64,000 bases of DNA from Pseudobdellovibrionaceae bacterium (GTDB taxonomy: Bacteria; Bdellovibrionota; Bdellovibrionia; Bdellovibrionales; UBA1609). Made by a program: the position numbers and the translations under genes. The stretch is taken from contig JACKAM010000002.1 in NCBI GenBank assembly GCA_020635075.1, positions 365,896-429,895 on the forward strand. Reading direction: 5' to 3'. Shown one piece after another: positions 26,709 to 35,887 of the stretch (position 1 is its first letter; each line of letters opens with the position of its first letter). The notes below the pieces were generated by a model. That model did not search any database. It saw nothing but the letters and a program-made list of their open reading frames with translations, and had not been told where the DNA came from.

Positions 26709-27871
26709 AAACCCAGGTAGCTTTTGGCGATGACGTCAGGGTTGAGAATACGAATAGGAAATCCCGCACGCAAAAAGATCGCGCCCGCCATGGCCAGGCG
26801 GTGATCCAAGTCCGTATCAAAATCAAAGGGAGTGCCTGGCTTTGCAGGTTCATCACCGACGATCATCAATCCCCCCTCGACTGTCTCCACTCTTCTTCCC
26901 GCCTTGCGAATCAACTCCACGAGTTTTTCTATGCGATTGGACTCTTTAAATACTAGCTGATCTGCCCCCCAAAGACGACTAGGCCCCTTAGCGAGAGCAC
27001 AGAGAGCGGCGAGAACCGGAAATAGGTCCGGGCTGTCGTTAAGATTAATATCGATACCTCGTAGCTCAGGCGCTTCCTTAACTTTGAGAGTGCCATCAAC
27101 TCGCTCCACCACGGCCCCCATTTGTTCCAGAATATGGGGAAAAATGGCGTCCGGCTGGGGGCTCTTGAGCGGGAAATCCTCAAGAGTGGCTTCACCGCTT
27201 ACGGCCGCGACTGCGGCAATGGCGAAGCCTGAACTCATGTCCATCTCTACAGTATAGTGATCGATCTTCACCTGCTGTTGAGACCAGATGCGAAAATCAC
27301 CTTCCCATTTTTCCAGCTCCATGCCGAAATGGCGCATCAAACCCACTGTCATCAACCAATAGGGTCTGGAGACCATGCGTGAACTCACAGAAAGATAAAG
27401 GGACTCTGGCAAGTTCCAACAATTCAACAATACTGCTGAAGCAAATTGGCTGGAACGATCGCTGGGAATATGAAGGGAATCCCCCATGGGTTTCCACCCA
27501 TAGCTCCTGATTACGAGTCGGTCTTTATAAAGTTTCGCTTCCACTCCAAGTTGGCTCAAGATCCGCACGATTTCGTCCTGGGGGCGACTAAAAAGCCGTT
27601 CACTGCCCCTGAGTTCATGCTCGCCGGGTTGACGTGAGGCTCTGAGTGCCAAAAAGCGCAGCACTGCCCCGGCGTGGCCACACTCAATGGGCCGATAGCA
27701 ACTTAGGCTCAGAAGACCTTCCTTCATCAGCTCCACATCCTGGCTATCCGAGTAACCGACGATGTCGAGTTCGTGCTTGGCATAACTAGCCGCCACCAAA
27801 GCTCGGTTGTAGAGAGATTTCGACGCCGGAATCTTGCCTATAAAGCTAAATGGCTGAGTCACATCTACCAA
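26681..27871 (-). CDS. aroA: 3-phosphoshikimate 1-carboxyvinyltransferase (EPSP synthase)
   Basis: Motifs IPASKSLYNRALVAA, SSQFASAVLL and FKESNRIEKL. It overlaps the downstream fusion gene by 28 nt. Confidence 0.8.
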   Translation of the reverse strand: MVDVTQPFSFIGKIPASKSLYNRALVAASYAKHELDIVGYSDSQDVELMKEGLLSLSCYRPIECGHAGAVLRFLALRASRQPGEHELRGSERLFSRPQDEIVRILSQLGVEAKLYKDRLVIRSYGWKPMGDSLHIPSDRSSQFASAVLLNCWNLPESLYLSVSSRMVSRPYWLMTVGLMRHFGMELEKWEGDFRIWSQQQVKIDHYTVEMDMSSGFAIAAVAAVSGEATLEDFPLKSPQPDAIFPHILEQMGAVVERVDGTLKVKEAPELRGIDINLNDSPDLFPVLAALCALAKGPSRLWGADQLVFKESNRIEKLVELIRKAGRRVETVEGGLMIVGDEPAKPGTPFDFDTDLDHRLAMAGAIFLRAGFPIRILNPDVIAKSYLGFWTSLGVHP

Positions 27872-28920
27872 CCCTGCCGACGCATTTCACGAATCACGTC
27901 TGAGACTTTCACCTTTTCCCTCTTAGGTTTGCCTATTCGTGAGAGAAAAACAAAAGTCACATGATCCGAAGACGCTAGTTTCTTATCCCGATGCAGGAGC
28001 CGCTTAAGGGTCATAGATGGGATGCGCTTGCGGCGATGCAATTGTCTCTGCAGCTCTACAAGACCCAGCCTTGTCTCCAACTCCTCAAGGACCTCTTTCT
28101 CTGTTTGCTTGCTAGTCGTTCCAAGAAGAGCCCCCCACTGGACAGCAAATTTTAAACCCAGAGCTACAGTCCAGCCATGAGGGATGTCGTAAAAAGCCTC
28201 AATGGCATGACCGACCGTGTGGCCGAGGTTTAGAATCTGGCGGTGGCCCTTCTTTTCCTGGGGATCCAGTTCAACGATTTTATTTTTAGCAACAACCGCC
28301 TTAGGCAAAACCTCCCAAAGAGAGTTGGTGGATAGATTTGGCAACCCGATTGTCTTGCGATACAGAGGGCCACCGGTCAAAAGTGCCACTTTATAGAGTT
28401 CCGCAAATGCCGCCTGATGCAGGTAGGGATTCTGGGTTGCCAAAAGATTGCGACACATGACGACTATTGAGGCCGGATAAAAAGTCCCGATTTGATTTTT
28501 AGTGCCTCCTAAATTTAGGCCTGTTTTCCCACCGTGGGCCGAATCAACGGCCGCCAACCAGGTGGAAGGCAGATGGGCTAAACCAACTCCCCTTTTGTAG
28601 ACACTGGCAAAAAAACCGGCAAAGTCACCAATCGAACCACCGCCCACAGCTAAAACCACAAGGTTTCGACCAGGAACAGCACCAGCAATTTTATTCAGAC
28701 GATGGGCATGGTGGGAAAACTGTTCCACGGCCTTTAATTTTTCACCTGCCGCCACGCCGTAGCGCAAAGGAAACTGCCTCACCCACTGGGCAAACCGACC
28801 CTTATTTTTGAGCTTGCGGTCAAAGATGACCAGAAAATGGGTGTCCTTGGTCAGACGCAAATGCCGCTTCAACCAGGCGGCAGAAGGAAGATTGGTTGAA
28901 TATCGTACCAAGGTTGCCAT
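27865..28920 (-). CDS. aroB: 3-dehydroquinate synthase
   Basis: Motifs VGGGSIGDFAGFFAS, DSAHGGKTGLN, NQIGTFYPA and LNLGHTVGHAIE. It overlaps aroA by 7 nt. Confidence 0.85.
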   Translation of the reverse strand: MATLVRYSTNLPSAAWLKRHLRLTKDTHFLVIFDRKLKNKGRFAQWVRQFPLRYGVAAGEKLKAVEQFSHHAHRLNKIAGAVPGRNLVVLAVGGGSIGDFAGFFASVYKRGVGLAHLPSTWLAAVDSAHGGKTGLNLGGTKNQIGTFYPASIVVMCRNLLATQNPYLHQAAFAELYKVALLTGGPLYRKTIGLPNLSTNSLWEVLPKAVVAKNKIVELDPQEKKGHRQILNLGHTVGHAIEAFYDIPHGWTVALGLKFAVQWGALLGTTSKQTEKEVLEELETRLGLVELQRQLHRRKRIPSMTLKRLLHRDKKLASSDHVTFVFLSRIGKPKREKVKVSDVIREMRRQGW

Positions 28921-28929
28921 TAAATGAAC

Positions 28930-29781
28930 CTACTTCAACTTGGGATCAAGGGCATCCCGCAGCCCATCGCCCAAAAGATTAAAACAAAGAACCACAACCA
29001 GAATACAAACTCCAGGAAGAGTCACCAGCCACCAGGCGCTCTCGATGTAGCTGCGGGCATCGGACAGCATCACTCCCCATTCAGGAGTGGGAGGCTGAGC
29101 GCCCAAGCCGAGAAAGCCCAAGGCTGCGGCATTTAAGATGCCATCACTAAAGCCCAAGGTGGCCTGAACAATAATTGGAGCCATGCAGTTAGGGAGAATA
29201 TTGCGAACAGCGATCCGGGTATGACTGGCCCCAAAACTCACCGTCGCATCCACATAGGGCTTGGCCTTTTCAGCCAGAACCGACGCACGAACGATGCGAA
29301 TGAAACTGGGGAGAGCAACGATACTGACGGCGATCACCGCATTGGTCAAACTCGGACCCAAGACCGCCACCACCACAATAGCTAACAGAATCGACGGTAG
29401 TGACATCAGGATGTCCACTGCTCGCAAAATCACACTGTCGACCCAGCCACCAAAATAACCAGCCAACAAACCAAAAAAACTACCTGTCGCCAAAGTCAGA
29501 GTGACCACCATCAACCCGACACCCAGGGACACTCGGGCCCCGTAGATCAGGCGGCTTAAGACATCTCGGCCGATGTCGTCGGTGCCGAGAAGAAACTCCA
29601 CACTTCCTCCCGTCATCCAAAAGGGAGGAATATTGAGTGCCCCTTCATTCACCCAAGTGGGATCATGAGGCGCCACCCAGGGCGCTAACAAAGCAACTAA
29701 TGAAAGAACCGTGAGTAGGACCAAGCTCGCCAGAGCCCCTTTGTTGCGACAAAATGACCGCCACAGCCGCCGGCACTCCAT
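28930..29781 (-). CDS. Peptide/nickel ABC transporter permease (DppC/OppC-like)
   Basis: 283-aa multi-TM protein with a binding-protein-dependent permease signature region (SVLAEKAKPYVDATVSFGAS). Confidence 0.8.
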   Translation of the reverse strand: MECRRLWRSFCRNKGALASLVLLTVLSLVALLAPWVAPHDPTWVNEGALNIPPFWMTGGSVEFLLGTDDIGRDVLSRLIYGARVSLGVGLMVVTLTLATGSFFGLLAGYFGGWVDSVILRAVDILMSLPSILLAIVVVAVLGPSLTNAVIAVSIVALPSFIRIVRASVLAEKAKPYVDATVSFGASHTRIAVRNILPNCMAPIIVQATLGFSDGILNAAALGFLGLGAQPPTPEWGVMLSDARSYIESAWWLVTLPGVCILVVVLCFNLLGDGLRDALDPKLK

Positions 29782-30806
29782 CAGGCCTTCCCTCTCATCA
29801 TGGGGTTAACGACCTGGTAAAGAACATCAACCACCATGTTGACGGAAATCACCACAATAGAAATCAACAGCACTCCACCCTGAATCACCGGATAATCGCG
29901 AGCCGTCACACTGTTGACCAGCCACTTGCCAATTCCCGGCCAGGAAAAAATGGTCTCGGTCAAAATCGCACCGGTGAGGACGGCGCCTACCATCAAACCA
30001 ACAACCGTAATAATCGGAATCAAAGCGTTGCGAAGAGCGTGAACCACAACCACACCATAGGCACCAAGACCTTTTGCTTTTGCCGTGCGAATATAGTCTT
30101 CACGTAAAACCTCTAACAAACTGGAGCGGGTCATGCGCGCCACGGCCGCCAAAGGGATTGTTCCCAGTGCGATCCCGGGAAGAATCAAGTGGGAAAAGGC
30201 ACTCTTAAATCCGGCCCAGCCTTCTCCACTGAGCCAGGTGTCAAAAATCATGAACCCGGTTTTAGGATCAATGTCGTACATCACGCTAATGCGCCCAGAG
30301 ACGGGAGTCCAACCAAGGGTGACAGAAAAGATTAGGATTAAAATCAATCCCCACCAAAAAATCGGCATGGAGTAACCCACCAGGGCTCCACCCATAACCG
30401 TGTAATCCAAAGGAGTGTTGCGTTTAACGGCGGCGATCAAACCTATGGGAATCCCCAAAAGCACCGCCCAAAACATACCAAAAAGTCCAAGTTCAACCGT
30501 GGCCGGAAACCGATCGGCGAACTCTTCCAAAACCGGTCGCTTTGAATGAATGGAAACTCCCAGGTCACCCGTCAGGGCATTCCCCATAAAACTAAGATAC
30601 TGTTCGAGCAGGGGGCGATCCAACCCCAGGTTCTTTTGCATCTCCGCATAGACTTCGGGCGAAGCACCGCGCTCACCCAACAACAACATGACCGGGTCCC
30701 CGGGCACCATGCGGATAAGAGAAAAGGCGACGATAGAAACGCCGATAAGAGTTGGAATGGAAACCACCAGGCGGCGGAGGATCAGGCGCAGAATCACGAA
30801 GGACAA
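29781..30806 (-). CDS. Peptide/nickel ABC transporter permease (DppB/OppB-like)
   Basis: 341 aa. The N-terminus ILRRLVVSIPTLIGVSIVAFSLIRMVPGDP and the motif EDYIRTAKAKGL are typical of DppB/OppB. Confidence 0.8.
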   Translation of the reverse strand: MSFVILRLILRRLVVSIPTLIGVSIVAFSLIRMVPGDPVMLLLGERGASPEVYAEMQKNLGLDRPLLEQYLSFMGNALTGDLGVSIHSKRPVLEEFADRFPATVELGLFGMFWAVLLGIPIGLIAAVKRNTPLDYTVMGGALVGYSMPIFWWGLILILIFSVTLGWTPVSGRISVMYDIDPKTGFMIFDTWLSGEGWAGFKSAFSHLILPGIALGTIPLAAVARMTRSSLLEVLREDYIRTAKAKGLGAYGVVVVHALRNALIPIITVVGLMVGAVLTGAILTETIFSWPGIGKWLVNSVTARDYPVIQGGVLLISIVVISVNMVVDVLYQVVNPMMRGKA

Positions 30807-30864
30807 CTCTCCGGTGGGGTCGCTCCCGAATCACCCAAGGAACGACCCGAAATCAATTCAATAC

Positions 30865-32463
30865 TTACTTGAGATCAACTTCATAAAAGGACTCAGTGCC
30901 AAAGGGGCTCAACTTGTAACCCTTGACCGAGCTACTCATGGCTCTAAAGACAGTTGAGTGAGCCACAGTCACCCAGGGAGCTTCTTGTTTGAAGATCATC
31001 TGAGCTTTTTTGTAAAATGTCGTGCGTTTTTTGATATTGGTGATGGTCTTGGCACGGTTGATCAGTTGAGCGAAGTCCTTGTCACACCAGCGAGCCACGT
31101 TGCTTCCAGCCTCAATGGCGGCACAACCTAGTAGCACGTTCAAGAAATTGTCAGGGTCACCGTTGTCACCCGTCCAACCGAGTTGGATCATGCTATGCTC
31201 ACCTTTGCGGGCCTTAGCCAAATAAGTCGGCCAGTCATAACTCACTAGCTTCACCTTGACCCCAATTTTGGCCAAATCTGCTTGGATCATCTCACCCAAT
31301 TTTTTGCCGTTAGGCATATAGGGGCGAGAGACGGGCAAGGTCCACAATTCGGTTTCAAATCCGTTGGGAAAGCCCGCCTTCTTCAGCAGGTCCTTAGCCT
31401 CTTTGGGATCGTATTTGTAATCCTTGGTTTTACTGTTCCAGGACCACATAGACGGTGGAATGGGGTTCACAGCAACCTTGGCATTCCCCAAATAGATGGC
31501 GTCAATATAAGAACCACGATTCAAAGCATGATGAACAGCACGGCGAACAAGCACGTTATCAAAAGGCTTTTTCTCCGTGTTCATCGCCACATAGCCAACG
31601 TTGAGGCCATCTTGTTGTAAGACCGTGATCTTGGGATTGTCCATCATTGCCTTGAGATCAGTGGGCGAAGGCTCAGCAATCAGGTGGCACTCTCCGGTCT
31701 TTAGCTTTTGGAAGCGCACACTTGGATCCTTGGTAATAGCAAACACCACTTTGTCCAACTTAGGGGCGCCAAGGAAATACTCTCGGTTGGCTTCATAACG
31801 AATCATGGTGTCTTTAACATAGCGTTTGAAAACAAAGGGGCCGGTGCCGACGGGCTCGGTATCCAGTTTTTCTGGAGTTCCCTCGGTGAGAAGCTGAGTT
31901 CCATATTCAGCCGATGTGATCGAGGCAAAGTCCATTCCCAGGTTCGCCAAAAAGGGCGCCTCAGGACGACTCAGCACAAACTTAATGGTGTAGGCATCGA
32001 TCTTCACAATGTCCTTAATGATCTTATCCATTTCCATGGAGGAAAAGTACTCATAGCTTCCGCCGTTCACTTTATGGAAGGGGTGGCTCGGATCTTTCAT
32101 CCTCTGGAAGGACCAAATGACATCATCAGCATTGAACTTGCGCTTGGGAGTGAAGTTCTCAGTCTTTTGAAAGCTCACATCTTTGCGCAACTTAAATGTA
32201 AACTCCAAGCCATCTTTGGAAACCGTCCAGGACTCAGCCAGGGAGGGAATGATTTCCGTTCCGCCCTGCTTGAAGTCCACCAATCGGTTATAAATCATTC
32301 TCGAACTGGCATTAAATGTCGGACCATCAGTTGCCAATTGAGGATTGAAAGTACTGGGGCTTCCCTCAGAACAGTATACAAAGGTTTTATCAGCGGCCTG
32401 TGCCACACCTACTGACAAACACAACACCGCAGCCAGAGCAGAAAACAGATTCCGAGCTCTCAT
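30865..32463 (-). CDS. ABC transporter periplasmic substrate-binding protein, family 5 (DppA/OppA-like)
   Basis: 532 aa with a signal peptide. Family-5 SBP-like sequence (FVYCSEGSPSTFNPQ, ...PVGTGPFVFK). Confidence 0.8.
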   Translation of the reverse strand: MRARNLFSALAAVLCLSVGVAQAADKTFVYCSEGSPSTFNPQLATDGPTFNASSRMIYNRLVDFKQGGTEIIPSLAESWTVSKDGLEFTFKLRKDVSFQKTENFTPKRKFNADDVIWSFQRMKDPSHPFHKVNGGSYEYFSSMEMDKIIKDIVKIDAYTIKFVLSRPEAPFLANLGMDFASITSAEYGTQLLTEGTPEKLDTEPVGTGPFVFKRYVKDTMIRYEANREYFLGAPKLDKVVFAITKDPSVRFQKLKTGECHLIAEPSPTDLKAMMDNPKITVLQQDGLNVGYVAMNTEKKPFDNVLVRRAVHHALNRGSYIDAIYLGNAKVAVNPIPPSMWSWNSKTKDYKYDPKEAKDLLKKAGFPNGFETELWTLPVSRPYMPNGKKLGEMIQADLAKIGVKVKLVSYDWPTYLAKARKGEHSMIQLGWTGDNGDPDNFLNVLLGCAAIEAGSNVARWCDKDFAQLINRAKTITNIKKRTTFYKKAQMIFKQEAPWVTVAHSTVFRAMSSSVKGYKLSPFGTESFYEVDLK

Positions 32464-32623
32464 TCGATACTCCCATTATCCTGGTCATTGGACGCCTGAG
32501 GCGTCTTAGAACATTCACCCCTATTAAGAGGCCCCTATAATATAGAGAAGAGTTATAGCATGGAGAGGGGTTTATCAACGCCCAAAGACCTGGGAGTAGA
32601 TGCGCAATGTCAACCAACTCCCG

Positions 32624-33328
32624 TTAGGAGAGAAGATCTTGCTTGGCAGGAAGCGACCAGTCAATGGGCTCAAGACCCCACTTCTCCAGGTACTGGTTCG
32701 CCTGAGAAAAGGGCCTGCTGCCAAAAAAACCCCGGTGGGCCGAAAGAGGCGAGGGATGAGGGGCTTCCAGCACCAAATGCTTTTGCCGGTCGATCACCCG
32801 ACCCTTTTTTTGGGCGTAGCTTCCCCACAAAACAAAGACCAGATGTTCCCGCTCTCGGTTAAGAGCTGCCACAGCCTGATCGGTGAACTCTTCCCAGCCC
32901 TTTCCCTGATGGGATCCGGCCTTTCCTGCCTGCACCGATAATGTCGCGTTTAGCAATAGGACACCTTGATCCGCCCATTTTTGCAGGAATCCGTGGCCAG
33001 GAGGCTCAATCCCCAGGTCGTTTTTCAACTCCTGGTAGATGTTTTTGAGCGAGGGGGGAATATCCACCTCAGGTCGCACACTAAAACAAAGACCGTGGGC
33101 CTGACGAGGACCATGATAAGGGTCCTGCCCAAGGATTACCACTTTGGTTTCAGCAAATGGCGTGGAATCAAATGCGGCAAAAAACTCTTTGCCTCTCGGG
33201 TAGATTTTCTTCCCTGACGAAAGCTGGTCCTTTAGAAACTGTCGCAGATTCACCATGTATTCCTTGGTGAACTCGCTTCCCAGCATCTTCTTCCAGCCTG
33301 GCTCCAGCTGCACTCGACTCTCTGCCAC
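32624..33328 (-). CDS. ung: Uracil-DNA glycosylase
   Basis: Motifs VVILGQDPYHGPRQAHGLCFSV and HPSPLSA. Confidence 0.9.
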   Translation of the reverse strand: MAESRVQLEPGWKKMLGSEFTKEYMVNLRQFLKDQLSSGKKIYPRGKEFFAAFDSTPFAETKVVILGQDPYHGPRQAHGLCFSVRPEVDIPPSLKNIYQELKNDLGIEPPGHGFLQKWADQGVLLLNATLSVQAGKAGSHQGKGWEEFTDQAVAALNREREHLVFVLWGSYAQKKGRVIDRQKHLVLEAPHPSPLSAHRGFFGSRPFSQANQYLEKWGLEPIDWSLPAKQDLLS

Positions 33329-33471
33329 CTAAGTCTCCTTAAAGCTTTCTTAATCTAAAATCTGGCCTCATGCCAAGGTCCAATTCCCCGCACCATCGCT
33401 TGGAGGCGATGTACATTGTGTCGATTGATAGTAAACTTAAATTGGCTTCATTTAGAGAGGGTTAATAACTA

Positions 33472-34602
33472 ATGAAGATCCTATTGGTGAGCCTGAGTAT
33501 TCCTATTCTCTTGGCTTCAGTTTTTATGGGATGGAGATTGCGGACGACTGGAATGAGTCGTCGGCTTTTGCGCGGGTGGACTGCTCTGCAGGGGTTCTCC
33601 ATCTTGTTTGTTTTGGCCTACTCCTTTACGCTTTACTTTCTTTTAAATGACGCCCGTAAAATCACTTTGCCTGCCAATGGCTTAATTCTATTTGGTGGCT
33701 CCATCTATGTTTTGTTTTCCACCCTCGTCACGGTGTCTCTGGTGAGATTGCTCAACAGGGAAAAAACCAGCCTCGACCGTCGGGTGGAAGAACAAACCCA
33801 ACAATTGGCCGACACCTTGGGTGAGCTGGAGGACAAGCACGGTCATCTTAAGGCCACCCAGGAGCACCTGATTGAAAGTCACAAAATGATGGCCATTGGC
33901 GAGTTGACCTCTGGGGCCGCCAACGAGATCAACACCCCTTTGAGTACCATCATGCTCAACTCCGAGGCCCTACTTCGACTGGTTGAAAAGGGTGAGGCCG
34001 ATGGCAAAGTCAAAAAGGCAGCAAACAAGATCAAGCTGTCGGCCGGCCAAATCAACACCATCATCTCAGCCCTTTTGACCTTCTCTCATAGAGACTACGA
34101 GGGCGGGGACGAGACCTTTTCGATGCGCGATCTTTGGCAATCCGTTTTGGTATTGACTCAGGATTTTGCCAACCAAAATCGCGTACGCCTGGAGTTCACC
34201 ATGTTGGACGCAACCGATATGCATCTCAAGGCCCCCAAATCCAAACTCCTTGAGGCCATCTCTCATTTGGTGAAAAACGCCATCGAAGCCGCCAGTCGTT
34301 ACCCCGTTCGCTGGGTGCGGGTGGAGGTCAGCCGGGATCACAACTGGATCAACATCCGCGTCTCCGACAGTGGCACCGGGATCAGCAAAGAGGATGGCGA
34401 AAAAATCTTTCGCCCCTTCTTCACTACCAAGGACACGGGGCTTGGCGCGGGGCTTGGCCTTTCCGTTGCCAAGGGGGTGGCCGAATCACAAGACGGAATC
34501 ATTGAGGTGGACTTTTCCCACCCCCACACCTCCTTAATTATGCGCCTGCCACGAACCCGAGTTGAACCCACCATTCAAGACCAGGCCTCGTCACCTAATT
34601 AG
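33472..34602 (+). CDS. Membrane histidine-kinase-like protein with Asn in place of the phospho-acceptor His
   Basis: Two to three N-terminal TM segments. The H-box reads GELTSGAANEINTPL (AAC codon where CAC is expected). HATPase N, G1 and G2 boxes are intact (KNAIEAA, DSGTGIS, GLGAGLGLSV). Confidence 0.75.
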   Translation: MKILLVSLSIPILLASVFMGWRLRTTGMSRRLLRGWTALQGFSILFVLAYSFTLYFLLNDARKITLPANGLILFGGSIYVLFSTLVTVSLVRLLNREKTSLDRRVEEQTQQLADTLGELEDKHGHLKATQEHLIESHKMMAIGELTSGAANEINTPLSTIMLNSEALLRLVEKGEADGKVKKAANKIKLSAGQINTIISALLTFSHRDYEGGDETFSMRDLWQSVLVLTQDFANQNRVRLEFTMLDATDMHLKAPKSKLLEAISHLVKNAIEAASRYPVRWVRVEVSRDHNWINIRVSDSGTGISKEDGEKIFRPFFTTKDTGLGAGLGLSVAKGVAESQDGIIEVDFSHPHTSLIMRLPRTRVEPTIQDQASSPN

Positions 34603-34710
34603 GCAAAACCCCCAAAGTGAACTAAGTTCGTTTGCTATTGACAGAGGCCTTGTGATCAGTCATTGGTGAGGCCCTTTTTCCGATGTGGCCAATAACGACG
34701 CCAACAATGA

Positions 34711-35382
34711 ATGATTCATGATTGGTCAGGAACAACTGTGCAAATGGATTTTCACCCGCCTACAACCGAATGCCTTCCCCGCTCCTTTTATTTACAAGAC
34801 ACAGTGGAAGTGGCGCGCCAACTTTTGGGCAAGGAGTTGGTGTACGAACATCCCCAACTGGGCACTCTCTCGGGGATCATCGTCGAGACAGAGGCCTATT
34901 TGGGCAATCAAGATCCTGCCTGTCACAGCTTTAACAACCGCCGCACTCCGCGGACAGAAACCATGTTTGGCCTGGGTGGCTTTTCCTACGTCTACTTTAT
35001 TTACGGCATGTACCACTGCTTTAATGTCGTCACCATGAATGAAGGCGAACCTGAAGCCGTTCTTATTCGGGCACTGGAACCACGCCTTGGTCTCGGACGT
35101 CTGATGAGCCGCTGTAAACCCGGAACAAAGCCTCACCAACTGCTCAATGGCCCCGGCAAACTGTGTAAGACCCTTGAGATCAACCGGGAGCACAATGCTC
35201 TCGATCTCTGTCAGTCGCCGATTGTTATTCGCCAGGCCGAGGAAACTTGCCATTCTATGGAAATTGAAATCACTCCGCGCATCGGTATCGGATCGACCGG
35301 AGATGCGGCCCATTGGCCCCTCAGATTCCTCTGCTCGGGCCACCCCTGTTTGTCTCCCGTAAAATCACCTAACTACCTGTAA
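34711..35382 (+). CDS. mpg: DNA-3-methyladenine glycosylase (Mpg/AAG family)
   Basis: Motifs VARQLLGK, IVETEAYLGNQDPACHS, and GGFSYVYFIYGMYHCFNVV. Confidence 0.8.
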   Translation: MIHDWSGTTVQMDFHPPTTECLPRSFYLQDTVEVARQLLGKELVYEHPQLGTLSGIIVETEAYLGNQDPACHSFNNRRTPRTETMFGLGGFSYVYFIYGMYHCFNVVTMNEGEPEAVLIRALEPRLGLGRLMSRCKPGTKPHQLLNGPGKLCKTLEINREHNALDLCQSPIVIRQAEETCHSMEIEITPRIGIGSTGDAAHWPLRFLCSGHPCLSPVKSPNYL

Positions 35383-35463
35383 ACACCAGACTCTTAGCCA
35401 TACTCCCAACCTTGACAAATCTCATTTTGGACACAGATTTGTTAAAAGGAGGGAAGTTCATTT

Positions 35464-35832
35464 ATGAAGGACTCTGAACAAAAAATTCTTCAATATGAAC
35501 CCAGTCCTGAAGTAAAGGCTTTTATCTTTCAACAAATCCAGGACCTGGAGCCTTTTTTGGAAAAGGTCGGTGGCCTCGGTGTGTTTGTTGAAAAAACCGA
35601 AAAACACCAGGAAGGCGGCCAAGTGGAAGAAAACTTCCTCATCCGCCTTGTGGTATCCCCTGATGGCGGAAGAATTGAGGTTCAAGGTGAAAGCCCAAAT
35701 ATCTTCGAAGCCTGCATCAAGGCCAAAAGCTCCCTCGTCTCCCGCCTCTCACCCTTGGTGAACGCCCTTTCGGCAACGGCTGGTCGAGACGAATTAGTGG
35801 AGTACTTCTCCCAGGGCGGACAGGTTCATTAA
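35464..35832 (+). CDS. Hypothetical; weak resemblance to the HPF/RaiA ribosome-hibernation family
   Basis: 122 aa. The beta-alpha-beta-like pattern and ...IEVQGESPNIFEACIKAKSSLVSRL recall HPF. The similarity is weak. It is followed by a clear terminator. Confidence 0.35.
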   Translation: MKDSEQKILQYEPSPEVKAFIFQQIQDLEPFLEKVGGLGVFVEKTEKHQEGGQVEENFLIRLVVSPDGGRIEVQGESPNIFEACIKAKSSLVSRLSPLVNALSATAGRDELVEYFSQGGQVH

Positions 35833-35861
35833 GCTGAAATTGAACATCTAAAAAATTTAAA

Positions 35862-35887
35862 GCCGGCTCGCTGAGCCGGCTTTTTTG
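35862..35887 (+). terminator. Rho-independent terminator
   Basis: GCCGGCTC-gct-GAGCCGGC followed by TTTTTTG. Confidence 0.8.
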
